This document shows positions 49,123-59,568 of a stretch of 64,000 nt of DNA, piece after piece. The translations under genes were made by a program, and so were the position numbers. Each line of letters opens with the position of its first letter. Position 1 is the first letter of the stretch. The notes under the pieces were generated by a model, which did not search any database, was not told the DNA's origin, and was given only the letters and a program-made list of their open reading frames with translations. The stretch is from the NCBI GenBank assembly GCA_965215515.1, contig OZ244057.1:1888001-1952000 (forward strand). Direction: 5' to 3'. The stretch is from Oligoflexales bacterium (GTDB lineage Bacteria > Bdellovibrionota_B > Oligoflexia > Oligoflexales > JAPPIL01).

Positions 49123-51409
49123 CTAACAAATTTCTGTGTTTTTCAAGTAAATCTGAGCGGCGGATCGCTTCGAGGATGTCTTCGCGGTAGCGTTCGTTGA
49201 CGCGGTAATCGCGTTGCAGTTCGATGTAACCGCCGATTACAGGGCGACCGTGGTAACGGTCACCCGCCGTTCTGCGTCGTCGTTGACGGCGGGAGGGCAG
49301 GCGTTGTTGTGTCGCCGCGTGGGTGTAGCGTAGCAGGCGACCTGCGAGGTCGGAGAGCGATTCCGCGGCGACAAATTCTTGTTTCTCGCCGTTACTGACC
49401 GTGCCTTGCATCGCTTGCACCGCGTCTTGCAGGCGTTGCGCGGCCAGTGGTGATACCGCTCGTAGTTGTTGCAACAGTGACTTTGCTGTTGAGATATTGG
49501 TATTCTGTCGCATGCGAGTTGCTGCCCATCCTCGTTGTAGTTCTTCTGTTTGGCGTTGCGCGGCCTTGTCGAGGTAGGTCGAGATGTGTGTTTGTCGCTG
49601 TTGTAGAGCACGCAAATCGTTTTGTGCGGCCTGCAACACCTGTTGCGCCTGTTGCACTGATTGTTCGTAGTGTGTGTCCTCTGCTTTTTCCAGTTCATCC
49701 AACCAGGCTCGGTATGCCCCTACCAGGGCAGTCAATTCGTCTCTTGCCTGCACTGGCGAGAGGGCAGGCAATTGGCTTAAACCCTCACGAAACGGCTCGC
49801 TTTCTGCAATTTCAGCCCAGCGTGGTGGTCGTTGGGCAGCTGGCAAGTTTTCGACTCGTTGTTGCCAATGTTCTCGTCGGCTGCGCAAAAACTTGTCGAG
49901 ACGTTGCACGTGTTTGTCTATCGGTTGATCCCCGCGGGCAATTATCCAGGACAAATGTCGTGCTGCGGTAAAAAAATCGCGATCTCGCTCGCGACTGTCG
50001 ATCATTTCATGCTCCCGCAAAAATTCATTTAATTTTTCCGCAACAGCAACCAGCTCGCGGCGGCGTTGCAGGTCTTTGTTTGCTTCTAGTTTGACCAGCA
50101 GGTTGTCCATGGTCAGGCGATCGAAGGCGTGAAAAAACGGCGAGGTATCAGCGGTGGCGACCGCGGCCTGCATCGTTTGGTGAATATCATTTACATCCAC
50201 GCCGTGGTGAGGTTGGTTTAGTTTTTCGTCAAGCATGGTTTTAACTTCTTTTAATTTTTCTAGGGTGTGGCGGTAGCGTCCCCAGGCACTGATGGCGTTG
50301 ATGAGGAGTGGGGCACTGTAGCCTATCGTGCCGTTGCGGTCGTGTGCCGTGGCGACGAGTTCAAGTTCGGCGACATCGCTCTCCATGTAGGGTTCGGGCA
50401 TGAAGCGGTAGGAGGCGGTATGTGTACGGCGTGTTGTCATGATGGTGTTGACGAGTTCCTCGTAGGTGCCTTCTTTCGTGGTGACCATTAGTTTGATGCT
50501 GGCCAGAGGTGAAGTTGATGTTGTGCTGATCAGCAGGGGTAAAGGGATGTTGTCAGGGTGGGGGGTTTCTATTTGTTGTTGGGCGGACAGTTTGACTTGT
50601 GGGGCGCGGCTGGCGGCAACGTCGATGGTGGCCAGTGTTGCGCTTGCGGCGATGGCGTTGAGGTGTAGGGTACTGCTGCGGTCGATGTTGAGGGTGACGG
50701 CGTAATGGCCTGGGGCGGTTGTCTGTGGTCGCAGCTGTACTTCTTGCCACACTTCTCCTGCGGCACGCAGTTGAAGGACAGGGTTTTGGGTCAGAGCGGT
50801 GCTGGCGACCACGATCAGTGCCATCTCGTGTTGGGACATTTTTATTTGTGGTGGTGTGTCTGTTTGCAGTTCGTAGTGCCGTTTGCGTGCGGGCAAAACG
50901 GTCAATGTGGCTCGCAGCGGTGTGAGTGTGGCTAGGTAGTGGTAGGCAGGCAACAGCTGTCGGGGTGACAGGTCGGCGCGCCACGCTACCACTGCCAAGG
51001 CTAGCAGCAGTCCCGCGGTGCGTCCCGCGACCGCGAGAACACGGCGTGTTTCAAGACGCACAATTTTATTTTGCCACTTCCGCAAAGGCTCTCGCCAGAT
51101 TTTGTCGGCGTGTGTGTCGCGGCGCAGAGCGTAGGGGGCGGGTGTTGTGGTTGCGTGTGCGCGATCGAGGGTTAGCAGCAGGGCGGAGCGGGTGATTTTG
51201 CGGGCACGGCGGTGGACGCAGCTGAAGACGAGCAGAAAGATAGAGACACATAGCAGGGTATGGACGAGCGGCGAGGGGGAGTGCAGCACTTGTGCCAATG
51301 CACCTACCAGCATGGCAGCCAGCACGCTGCTGGCGAGGTGCAGCAGCCAACTACAGAGATAGGCGGCGAACTTGATGTGGTTGCATTGTCGTATTTTTCT
51401 GTCGAGCAT
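49094..51409 (-). CDS. DUF4175-like membrane/coiled-coil protein of the MoxR cluster
   Basis: N-terminal TMs, Ig-like middle, helical C-terminus ending YREDILEAIR; operon context. Confidence 0.65.
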   Translation of the reverse strand: MLDRKIRQCNHIKFAAYLCSWLLHLASSVLAAMLVGALAQVLHSPSPLVHTLLCVSIFLLVFSCVHRRARKITRSALLLTLDRAHATTTPAPYALRRDTHADKIWREPLRKWQNKIVRLETRRVLAVAGRTAGLLLALAVVAWRADLSPRQLLPAYHYLATLTPLRATLTVLPARKRHYELQTDTPPQIKMSQHEMALIVVASTALTQNPVLQLRAAGEVWQEVQLRPQTTAPGHYAVTLNIDRSSTLHLNAIAASATLATIDVAASRAPQVKLSAQQQIETPHPDNIPLPLLISTTSTSPLASIKLMVTTKEGTYEELVNTIMTTRRTHTASYRFMPEPYMESDVAELELVATAHDRNGTIGYSAPLLINAISAWGRYRHTLEKLKEVKTMLDEKLNQPHHGVDVNDIHQTMQAAVATADTSPFFHAFDRLTMDNLLVKLEANKDLQRRRELVAVAEKLNEFLREHEMIDSRERDRDFFTAARHLSWIIARGDQPIDKHVQRLDKFLRSRREHWQQRVENLPAAQRPPRWAEIAESEPFREGLSQLPALSPVQARDELTALVGAYRAWLDELEKAEDTHYEQSVQQAQQVLQAAQNDLRALQQRQTHISTYLDKAAQRQTEELQRGWAATRMRQNTNISTAKSLLQQLRAVSPLAAQRLQDAVQAMQGTVSNGEKQEFVAAESLSDLAGRLLRYTHAATQQRLPSRRQRRRRTAGDRYHGRPVIGGYIELQRDYRVNERYREDILEAIRRSDLLEKHRNLLDAYLRRAIR

Positions 51410-51557
51410 GTGTCCTCGTCATCGGAGCTCGCCTCGCTCTTATCAAGTTAGTGCAATTGCGGTTTTTTTTGTCAAGTCGTTTATCATTTGCGCTTCGCAC
51501 AACTTGTCTGGTCGCTTCTATCCTTGCTGCCGCGCAGCAACGCAGATGACAAGAAAC

Positions 51558-53744
51558 CTAGCCCATCTCCCGCCAACGCCTGAGCAACACCTCGGCGGGC
51601 AAAAACAACAACAACAAGAAATACCAAGATTCGTGCAAAATCCAAAAATAATCACTCTCCGTCTTCTCCTGCAACTGCGGGGCAAACTGTGCGGCGGAAA
51701 AATGCTCACTCATAAACACACTCAGCATACTGCTGAATTTGTCCGTGTCGGCAGTGAAAGGTACACGCAACAACGTTGCCAACGCTTCCGCATGGGCTGG
51801 TGCACGTCCAACTTCCACGTCTTTATACAAAACAGGCAACGAGGCAACGCTCTCCGCCTGCAACGCGCCAAAAGCCTTGTCAACACCCGCAATTTTCACA
51901 CGACATTTCTTCTGTTGAGCGATTTTTATCTGCCCTGACAAATTTTTGTGCTGCGAGCCAAGTATCTCAACATTAACCTGTGACCAAGCAAGTACCTGAC
52001 CACACAACCGTAACTGCCAGTGCTGCGATAAAGTAAAATACTTCGTCGCAGCACCGTGCAACTCCAACTGCCACACAACATTAAACTGCTGATCACGCCG
52101 CATCACAAAATTACTAATCTGTAAAGGACGCTGTAAATCCTGCTTCAATAACCAAGTCATCGCCGTCTGCAAAAATTTATGATAAGAATAACGCGATACC
52201 CCCGTCAGCGCTAAATGCCAAAAAGTATCGCTGAATAACCAAATTGCCCGCCCCTTGCCAGGATAAGAAGCCACCAATAACGGTAACTCCTCCCCACCCT
52301 CACTAACCGCATTAAGCAAAGGAGTATACTCATCACCGTCCAACACCAAACGGTTGAGACCTCGTGCATCACCAAAAGCTAACAACTCCTCCTGTATAGC
52401 CAGCTGATCATCATAAATACTAGCTAACGCCCTTTGCTCAGCCGACGGCTGCGCAAACCGTAACTTAAAAGCAACATCTGCTTGCCAACTACCATGCTCG
52501 CGTTGCAAAGTCGCAGTGCGCTTGGCAACTCGTAGAATTTTGTGCAGCGGCGAAGCCATAATATCCCCATACTGTAAGGCTCGCGGCCCGCCGATAAATA
52601 ATAACGCCCCCCCCTGTAAAATAAAATCAACCAAATTCTGCTGATGCTGCGGCTGCAAAAAACGCGCTAGGGAGAAATTTTGTATAATTACTATACGAAA
52701 ATTTTTTAGTTCTTCCCCGAATAACTGATCGACTGGAAAAGGAATTAAACTCAACTCCCGCTCGCCAACTTGCGTGTCATCCAAATGATCACGTAAAATA
52801 AAAAAACTAATCAAATCATAACGCGGCTCGGATTTTAAATAACGTCGTACAAAACTACCGTCCCAACTCGGACTACCTAATAAATGCAATACCCCCACCG
52901 TGTTGGGCAACACTTCCAACAAAACAGCACGGCTGTTATCCCATAAAACTTTTTCTCCTCGGGTCGGTAAAACTTCCACTTGCACTAAATGTACACCCCT
53001 TGCCAACCCTGGTACAGGTAAAGTTAAGTTTGCCTCCTCCATCATCTCGGCAAAAACAACATTCTCCCCCACCAATACCTTATCACCCAAAGTAACTTGT
53101 ACCTGTACCCGTTCCTGTTCCCGTGCAGAGGTACGCTGTACAACCAATTGCACGTCGGCAGGACTGTTTTCAAACGCTAAAGGCACAAGATCAATCTCCG
53201 CTAGTCTGAGATTCTTACGCTCCCCCGCCGCAAAACTTAACACCAAACCAGCATCACTCACCGCCGCTTCCCCCAGAACAGCTCGCCAGGCCAACTGCGG
53301 CTGCAGATCACCCCCATCGGTAAGCAGCAACCAAGCTTCATCACCGACTTCCGCTAACCAATCACGCAACACCAACGATAACGGAGTGTAACCACGCCCT
53401 GTCTCACTACTCAATGCAGACAAACGACGTAGCCGTAACTGACAACCTAGCTCCTGACAAGCTTTGTCTACTTGCCCCAACACATCCTGTACCGCCTGCA
53501 TCGCCATACCCGCCATGCTATCCGAGTCATCGACCAAAACATGCAATAACCGCTGTGTCATATCCTGCGCAACTTTGACCGTATACTGACGCGGCCATAA
53601 CGCCAACAACAACGGCAATAACCACAACAAACGACATAAAGCGGCTAACGCCGCCCGCCCCGTGCCCAGTCTCGCGCGCCAACTCCAACCAAGTAAAAAA
53701 ATAACGGCCACAAAAATAACTGCAATTATCTCTCTCGCCATCAA
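51558..53744 (-). CDS. vWA-like + glutamine amidotransferase-like membrane protein
   Basis: VLVDDSDSM, LLTDG, PSWDGSFVRR, LISFFILR, ELSLIPFP, GKGR. Confidence 0.8.
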   Translation of the reverse strand: MMAREIIAVIFVAVIFLLGWSWRARLGTGRAALAALCRLLWLLPLLLALWPRQYTVKVAQDMTQRLLHVLVDDSDSMAGMAMQAVQDVLGQVDKACQELGCQLRLRRLSALSSETGRGYTPLSLVLRDWLAEVGDEAWLLLTDGGDLQPQLAWRAVLGEAAVSDAGLVLSFAAGERKNLRLAEIDLVPLAFENSPADVQLVVQRTSAREQERVQVQVTLGDKVLVGENVVFAEMMEEANLTLPVPGLARGVHLVQVEVLPTRGEKVLWDNSRAVLLEVLPNTVGVLHLLGSPSWDGSFVRRYLKSEPRYDLISFFILRDHLDDTQVGERELSLIPFPVDQLFGEELKNFRIVIIQNFSLARFLQPQHQQNLVDFILQGGALLFIGGPRALQYGDIMASPLHKILRVAKRTATLQREHGSWQADVAFKLRFAQPSAEQRALASIYDDQLAIQEELLAFGDARGLNRLVLDGDEYTPLLNAVSEGGEELPLLVASYPGKGRAIWLFSDTFWHLALTGVSRYSYHKFLQTAMTWLLKQDLQRPLQISNFVMRRDQQFNVVWQLELHGAATKYFTLSQHWQLRLCGQVLAWSQVNVEILGSQHKNLSGQIKIAQQKKCRVKIAGVDKAFGALQAESVASLPVLYKDVEVGRAPAHAEALATLLRVPFTADTDKFSSMLSVFMSEHFSAAQFAPQLQEKTESDYFWILHESWYFLLLLFLPAEVLLRRWREMG

Positions 53745-53772
53745 CTACATACCTAAAGAATATCGCATTTAA

Positions 53773-54411
53773 CTATCGTAGCCTTTTTAAAATCTCTGGA
53801 AGATGCACCTGATCTTTTTTATAATCTCCCGCTAACGCTACCATCAACAGATTGACAAAAATGCGAGTAACCATCTCTCGCTTTGTCTGCTGTAGACAAG
53901 CCACAGCAACAGGCTTATCACGCACAAAAGCAAGTAAACGATGAGGGATAACGACAATCGCTAAACGTCCCGCAAAAGTAAAACCCCGCCAACGTCGCCC
54001 TTCACAGACAGGCAAAGCATCGAGTAAATAAAAACTACGCATTAACTCATGGTCGAGAGGAATGTCCTGCCAACTGCCTACCTTAACCCCAAACGTGCGC
54101 AGCGTGAAAGAAAGTAAACTTTCCGCCACACCGTCCTCCACCACCAACATACCACCCTTGCGAAGCCATTGGGCGATAGCCGTCTCATCAGCAAACGTTA
54201 ACTTCCGCACCCATAACCACGGTGAGGTGTGAAAGCTACGAGCATCGCGTACCTGCACCGTCGCATCTAACACCAAACTCGTACGTTCTCGCACCTCCCG
54301 CGCCAAACGAGTGAAGTGCCAGTCCTGTGCCCGCTGCACAGTGACCAACGTAACCGTTGCCGAGGCAGACAACGATAACGACAACAACCACAAACCACAA
54401 ATAACTCTCAT
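53773..54411 (-). CDS. DUF4159-domain protein
   Basis: LRKGGMLVVED, HELMRSFYLL, DYKKDQVH. Confidence 0.8.
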   Translation of the reverse strand: MRVICGLWLLSLSLSASATVTLVTVQRAQDWHFTRLAREVRERTSLVLDATVQVRDARSFHTSPWLWVRKLTFADETAIAQWLRKGGMLVVEDGVAESLLSFTLRTFGVKVGSWQDIPLDHELMRSFYLLDALPVCEGRRWRGFTFAGRLAIVVIPHRLLAFVRDKPVAVACLQQTKREMVTRIFVNLLMVALAGDYKKDQVHLPEILKRLR

Positions 54412-56156
54412 GATACCTGTGCCCCGCGTTTCCAGCGATGAGCGCACAACATCGTGCCGACCGCTTCCAACACCGCCGTGCTCAAGACCACCGCTAACAA
54501 TACCGACACCCACCGTAACGCCTCAGGACGATAACGGGGCAGATCTATCCGTGCGCGGTGCAAATCAAACTGCACCGCAGGCGGCAACACTGCCTCTGCC
54601 TCCTCCTGCAACAAACTCTCACCACGCGGTACATTGACAGGCTTAACCGCAACAGTGGCTAAACTAAAAATATCGGCAGGCCGCGGCCACTGCTGCAAAA
54701 CATGCATCGCCCCCAGCCCTTGCTGCTGCAAAAGTTTCTGAATCAACACAGGGACACCCGCATAACGCAGCCCCCGCCGCTGTGCATACGGTGGCAAATG
54801 AAATAGGGTAACATTATCGAGATGCGAAACAATAGAACTTTTGTTCTGTTTCACCCCGTCTGGTAGCAATACCTCAGCCAACGTACTACAACCACCTAAA
54901 GTACGTCCCCGCAAACGCTGATAACAACGGCACACCTCATGCTCGGCAAAATCCGCTACCTGCGGCAATAACCACACAGGTGTTTTTGTGGATACCACAG
55001 GACAATGCTGTTGCACGGTAAAATTTTTGCCAAACGCTAGGATCAACAAATCATGTCGTTCCACCAAACGTGCGACATGATCCCTTCTTTTTATTTTGAA
55101 ACCCAAAACCTCCAACGCCGTTTGTAACTGAAATAGCGGGTCATCGAGTACCCTCTCACCATAAAGATCAGCGATAATCATTGCCTGTGGCACAAAACTG
55201 GCAAGTTTGAAATAAAACTCATCATCAAGCAACACGGCATCACCACCTTCTGTCTGTAACTGCACGCGCAACTCACTGTGCTCTGGCAACTTATGGGTAT
55301 GCGGCAACGTCAACAGCAACAAAACACGGTTTTGCCCCGTCGTGAAACGTGCTCGCGTCTGCACAATTTTACGTCGCTGATGATAAACCGTCGCGCTAAA
55401 ATCACGACCGACAGCAAGGTTACCAGCCGCAGCAACCGTCAGGTTAAGACGCTGACCAGTAAAGTGAGGAGCAGCCGCAACGCTAACCCCCTGCACATAA
55501 AAATTAAAATCTGCCCGCTTACGCAACTGCGGGACAACGAGATGATGCAAAGGTATGGTAAGATGCTGCCAATGCAAGTTAGCCCACGTGTGCTGATCAC
55601 GATCAGCAACAATAATCATCCGATCCATGCCGCTAAGATGCGGTAATTGCTGTTGCAACACACCCGCCAGACGCAAACCAGCACGATGAAAAGTAAGCGT
55701 GGCTAGATGCTCAGCAAACGCGCGCACATGTACAAACTGTTGCATAGCAGGAGAATGACTCGTACCCACCGTCACCGTCCCGCGGGCACGCAAACGTGTG
55801 TAGACATTTTGCAAAAATGCACGGTACTGTGTGATACTCACATAGGCACTGAGGGAAGGGCTAAAGTCAATAAAAAGATAAAGCTGCAACTGCTTCTTGC
55901 TATCGGCAACAGGCAACATACTATGCGGACGTAAAGCAAACAACACAGCAGCGATAGCGGCAAGCAAAAAACACCCAAAAGCCAGTAGCGGCGGCTGACG
56001 TAAACGCAAACGCGGCAAACGGGTGCGCGGTACCGTAAAAATTGCCAACAGAGGAAACCACACACGACGATATCTTTTGCGCACGATAAACCACAACAAC
56101 AAAGCGAATAAAGTAAAAGACAGTGTACCGACAAAAATAGCAGAAAAAGTTATCAT
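54408..56156 (-). CDS. BatA-domain protein
   Basis: N-terminal double TM with RRVWFP..RP, FIDFSPSL, DDEFYF. Confidence 0.75.
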   Translation of the reverse strand: MITFSAIFVGTLSFTLFALLLWFIVRKRYRRVWFPLLAIFTVPRTRLPRLRLRQPPLLAFGCFLLAAIAAVLFALRPHSMLPVADSKKQLQLYLFIDFSPSLSAYVSITQYRAFLQNVYTRLRARGTVTVGTSHSPAMQQFVHVRAFAEHLATLTFHRAGLRLAGVLQQQLPHLSGMDRMIIVADRDQHTWANLHWQHLTIPLHHLVVPQLRKRADFNFYVQGVSVAAAPHFTGQRLNLTVAAAGNLAVGRDFSATVYHQRRKIVQTRARFTTGQNRVLLLLTLPHTHKLPEHSELRVQLQTEGGDAVLLDDEFYFKLASFVPQAMIIADLYGERVLDDPLFQLQTALEVLGFKIKRRDHVARLVERHDLLILAFGKNFTVQQHCPVVSTKTPVWLLPQVADFAEHEVCRCYQRLRGRTLGGCSTLAEVLLPDGVKQNKSSIVSHLDNVTLFHLPPYAQRRGLRYAGVPVLIQKLLQQQGLGAMHVLQQWPRPADIFSLATVAVKPVNVPRGESLLQEEAEAVLPPAVQFDLHRARIDLPRYRPEALRWVSVLLAVVLSTAVLEAVGTMLCAHRWKRGAQVS

Positions 56157-57052
56157 GCCACATAACTCAAATTGCTGTTGAGAAAGTTTAGATAGTGCGC
56201 AATAGGGGTATTGTCGGTTAGCAGAAGATAGTTATTGCCGTTATCTACTACCTCACGCTCGGTCGCAGATAGCCATTGGGTAAGACGAGGACGAAAGATA
56301 CGGCGCAGGTTCTTGCCCAACACTTCCCGCGCTAAGGCAAAATAACTGCTATCATTGTCAAACCAAGCGCTGCTGAGTTCGTAAGCTGACAGCGTGTGCA
56401 CAAAACAACCGAAAGGTACATCCCGCAAGAAAAATTTAAAATCTTCTCGTAGACCATCGCCGAGCCAGTATTTAGCATCACCCTTAAGCTGCGCGACATC
56501 TGTCCCGCCATCAGCAAAGGTACAGACCCGCAACAACCGCTCGTAAACAAAATTAACCGCACAAAAATTTTCGTAAAGGTCGAGCACCTCCGTAACACCG
56601 CTAAGCTGGCGGGTGTGTAATTGGTCACTAACCAGATACAGAGTCACACGGTCGAGTATCTTACTGTGCACAAAAGCAAGGTGCAGTGCCACCCGCATCG
56701 CTATCTCCAGCTTGGGCACACCATCGTGATGCAGATCCGCAGGTGGCCAACACATAGAGGGCAGACAAGAGACGGCAATTACCACTTCCGCACAGGTACC
56801 GTGCTGCTGCTGATTGACGAGCAACTGCTCGCTGCGCGCATACGCACGCCAATCGATCGAACGTAACGGATCGCCGTGCTGATAAGCCCGCGTCGCCTCA
56901 GGAACACGTTGCGGCTGCGCCTGCTGTTGGCGAAAACTACCAAAAGCACGCCGAAAGGGCAGATGCAGGCACGTGCCTGCCTCGTGCGTAGTGTGCGGCT
57001 CAAGCTGTTTGATAATGTGCATGCACGGCCCGAAAACTTTTGGCTGAACCAC
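56153..57052 (-). CDS. DUF58-domain protein
   Basis: RAYQHGDPLRSIDWRAYARSEQL. Confidence 0.9.
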   Translation of the reverse strand: MVQPKVFGPCMHIIKQLEPHTTHEAGTCLHLPFRRAFGSFRQQQAQPQRVPEATRAYQHGDPLRSIDWRAYARSEQLLVNQQQHGTCAEVVIAVSCLPSMCWPPADLHHDGVPKLEIAMRVALHLAFVHSKILDRVTLYLVSDQLHTRQLSGVTEVLDLYENFCAVNFVYERLLRVCTFADGGTDVAQLKGDAKYWLGDGLREDFKFFLRDVPFGCFVHTLSAYELSSAWFDNDSSYFALAREVLGKNLRRIFRPRLTQWLSATEREVVDNGNNYLLLTDNTPIAHYLNFLNSNLSYVA

Positions 57053-57097
57053 CCCTCTAGCTAGTTTAGCGCATTTTTGTTGCTGACAAAACTCTGT

Positions 57098-58111
57098 TCA
57101 GCTCAGGCCTGTGGCGAGCCGTTGGTGGCGTTGCCGTAGCTGGGTGAGCAGAGCATCGATCAGCTTGTCGGCATCCAGCTCGGCACGCGTGGCGGCAGTG
57201 CTGAGTTTGAGACGATGACGCAACGCAGGCTTGGCCATGCGTTCGATATGCCGCCAACGCACCTCGTCGTCATCGTGCAACAAGGCCAGCGCTTTCGCCA
57301 ACGCAATCAAGCTTAATCCCGCCCGCGGACTCGCACCGTAGATAATGTTGGCACGCAACGCCGCGGGGCAGAGAGGGTCGCAGGGACGCGTCGCACGCAC
57401 CAACTCAGTGATAGCCTCGATCAACTCGTCCGCAATCGGGACACGGGCACTGGCCGCGATGATGTCACGCAGCGCTTCGACACTGATATCACTCGGCGGC
57501 ACTGTGTCACGAGCGTGCGAGGCGTTGCCGTCGCTATGTGCCTTGAGCAGTTTGGTTTCAGCATCCAATGCGGGATAAGTTATCAAAGCATGACTCAAAA
57601 AACGATCTATCTGTGCCTCAGGCAGATTGAACGTACCCTCCGACTCATAAGGATTGCGCGTAGCAAAAACCATGAACGGATCAGGTAACTCATACCTGTG
57701 CCCCGCCGCAGTGACAGTACGCTCCTGCATCGCTTCAAGCAAAGCCGATTGCGTGCGCGGCGAAGCACGATTGATCTCGTCAGCCAACAAAAGGTTAGTG
57801 AACACAGGGCCCTTGACAAATTCAAAATAACGCTTGCCACTCTCTTGATCTAAACTTAAAATTTCCGAACCAGTGATGTCAGAAGGCAAAAGATCGGGCG
57901 TAAACTGCACCCGCCGAAACTGCAATCCCAACGCCGCCGCAAAAGCCTTCACCAATGTGGTCTTGGCCAATCCAGGGGCACCCGTAGTCAGGATATGCCC
58001 ACCCGTGAACAAAGTCGCCATCGTCTCGACGACAATCTCCTCCTGTCCAAAAATTACCGCGGCAACATGTTCCCTGAGCCTCGCAATAGCTCGCTGCATG
58101 TCCGCACCCAT
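57098..58111 (-). CDS. MoxR-family AAA+ ATPase
   Basis: [49 protein letters not shown]. Confidence 0.96.
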   Translation of the reverse strand: MGADMQRAIARLREHVAAVIFGQEEIVVETMATLFTGGHILTTGAPGLAKTTLVKAFAAALGLQFRRVQFTPDLLPSDITGSEILSLDQESGKRYFEFVKGPVFTNLLLADEINRASPRTQSALLEAMQERTVTAAGHRYELPDPFMVFATRNPYESEGTFNLPEAQIDRFLSHALITYPALDAETKLLKAHSDGNASHARDTVPPSDISVEALRDIIAASARVPIADELIEAITELVRATRPCDPLCPAALRANIIYGASPRAGLSLIALAKALALLHDDDEVRWRHIERMAKPALRHRLKLSTAATRAELDADKLIDALLTQLRQRHQRLATGLS

Positions 58112-58240
58112 AACGCCCCCAGCACGATACCTCTCCTACCACTCTACCTAATTCCATCGCCTTTTACCAAGCCAGAAAATCTCCACCCCCCATTAAGGGG
58201 GGGCAAAGTGGGGAGGGAAAAAAATGACACACCTAGTCAT

Positions 58241-59353
58241 CTATAGCCGCCACCATTGCTGAGAACGATGTTCCGCACCGATGATTACCAGCTCACCGAG
58301 ACGCGGTGTGATGAGTTCGATCCGACCTGCAGCCGCCTCATGCTGCAATTTTTCCGCAGGCTCCTGCCAAGGATGCATCGAGATGTTGAACATCGCCCAG
58401 TGAATGGGAAAATAAAGCTTGGCACGCAGATCACGAAACGCGCGCACGAAATACTTAGGCAGTAAATGCGAGCCAGCCCAGCGCTCGTTGTACTGCCCGC
58501 TGTCGATGAAAGCAACGTCGAACTCTCCCCACGCCTTGCCGATTTCTTGAAAATGCTTGTTATAGCCACTATCGCCACTAAAATAAACTCGCTGCCGTTC
58601 ACCGATGACGACCCACGAAGCCCATAACGTGCGGTTTCTTCTGCCAGGCACGCGTCCTGACCAGTGCTGGGCAGGGGTGGCGACGAAACGCAGACCACCG
58701 CTACGGCGTTCATCCCACCAGTCTAATTCAGTGATACGAGAGGGTTGCACACCCCAATACCTGAGGTGCGAGCCGACCCCCAGCGGGACAAAAAAATGCG
58801 TGCGCTGAGCGATGAAGTGCTTGACCGTCCCCTGATCGAGATGGTCATAGTGATCGTGTGAAATAACGATGAAATCGATAGGTGGCAAGTCTGTGAGCTT
58901 AACCACAGGCGGCTGGTAACGCTTGACCATGAAAGGAAACGGAGAAGCCGCATCGGAAAAAACAGGATCAAACATGATGATGTTGCCGTCGATGTTAAGC
59001 AAAATAGTCGAATGCCCAATCCAAATTGCCTTAAGCTTGCCATCAGCGGCAACAAACTCCGTCAAGGCTGGATCTCCTTCGGGCATTTTGTGCGTCGGCA
59101 CTACCCCGTCAGGTTTGAAAAGCCAGCGGGTGAAAGTCGACCAGCGCGTGCGCCGCTTGGCTCGTAAACGATCGATCACCCCGCGGTCTTGATTAACGAA
59201 AATCTCCTTGACAGGATCGTAATTGCGCGATTTTTGCATCTCGACCAGCCCCGCCTCGTCAGGTAACTGTCCTAGTTGTGTGCAGGCAAATAAAAATATA
59301 AAAACAAACAGACGCACCACGGACAACAACACCTCCCGCAAAACCACACCCAC
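58241..59353 (-). CDS. MBL-fold hydrolase (NAPE-PLD/RomA-like)
   Basis: WIGHS, ISHDHYDHLD, PAQHWSGR, FSGDSGY, PIHW. Confidence 0.92.
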   Translation of the reverse strand: MGVVLREVLLSVVRLFVFIFLFACTQLGQLPDEAGLVEMQKSRNYDPVKEIFVNQDRGVIDRLRAKRRTRWSTFTRWLFKPDGVVPTHKMPEGDPALTEFVAADGKLKAIWIGHSTILLNIDGNIIMFDPVFSDAASPFPFMVKRYQPPVVKLTDLPPIDFIVISHDHYDHLDQGTVKHFIAQRTHFFVPLGVGSHLRYWGVQPSRITELDWWDERRSGGLRFVATPAQHWSGRVPGRRNRTLWASWVVIGERQRVYFSGDSGYNKHFQEIGKAWGEFDVAFIDSGQYNERWAGSHLLPKYFVRAFRDLRAKLYFPIHWAMFNISMHPWQEPAEKLQHEAAAGRIELITPRLGELVIIGAEHRSQQWWRL

Positions 59354-59427
59354 GCTATTCTAAACAAGCTACCGTCGGCAAACAAGCAAAATAGAAATAA
59401 ACCACAGCTAACGAAAATCACTTGTAC

Positions 59428-59442
59428 GCTGTAGATGCCCCC
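59428..59442. repeat. 15-bp direct repeat, left of cassette B
   Basis: GCTGTAGATGCCCCC also at 63622-63636. Confidence 0.85.
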
Positions 59443-59520
59443 TCTCTCCCGCAATATTGCAGGCAGACAACTGTAATTTGGGGGTTTTGGCAACGTAACT
59501 AAAGTGAAAAAAAAAAACGC
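59440..59520. repeat. Partial inverted copy of the ~145-bp repeat
   Basis: Reverse complement of 31440-31520; the hairpin half is missing. Confidence 0.9.
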
Positions 59521-59568
59521 CGATGACGTTCGCGCGGGGAAGTTTTGTTTTTAGCCAAAAAAAGGGAA

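Noticed and set aside
51372..51938. 188-aa plus-strand ORF and similar short overlapping ORFs throughout the window
   Set aside because: Antisense or alternate-frame to well-supported genes, with no recognisable motifs.
59485..59505. Sigma54 promoter for the pilin gene (TTGGCA...)
   Set aside because: No GC at the -12 position.
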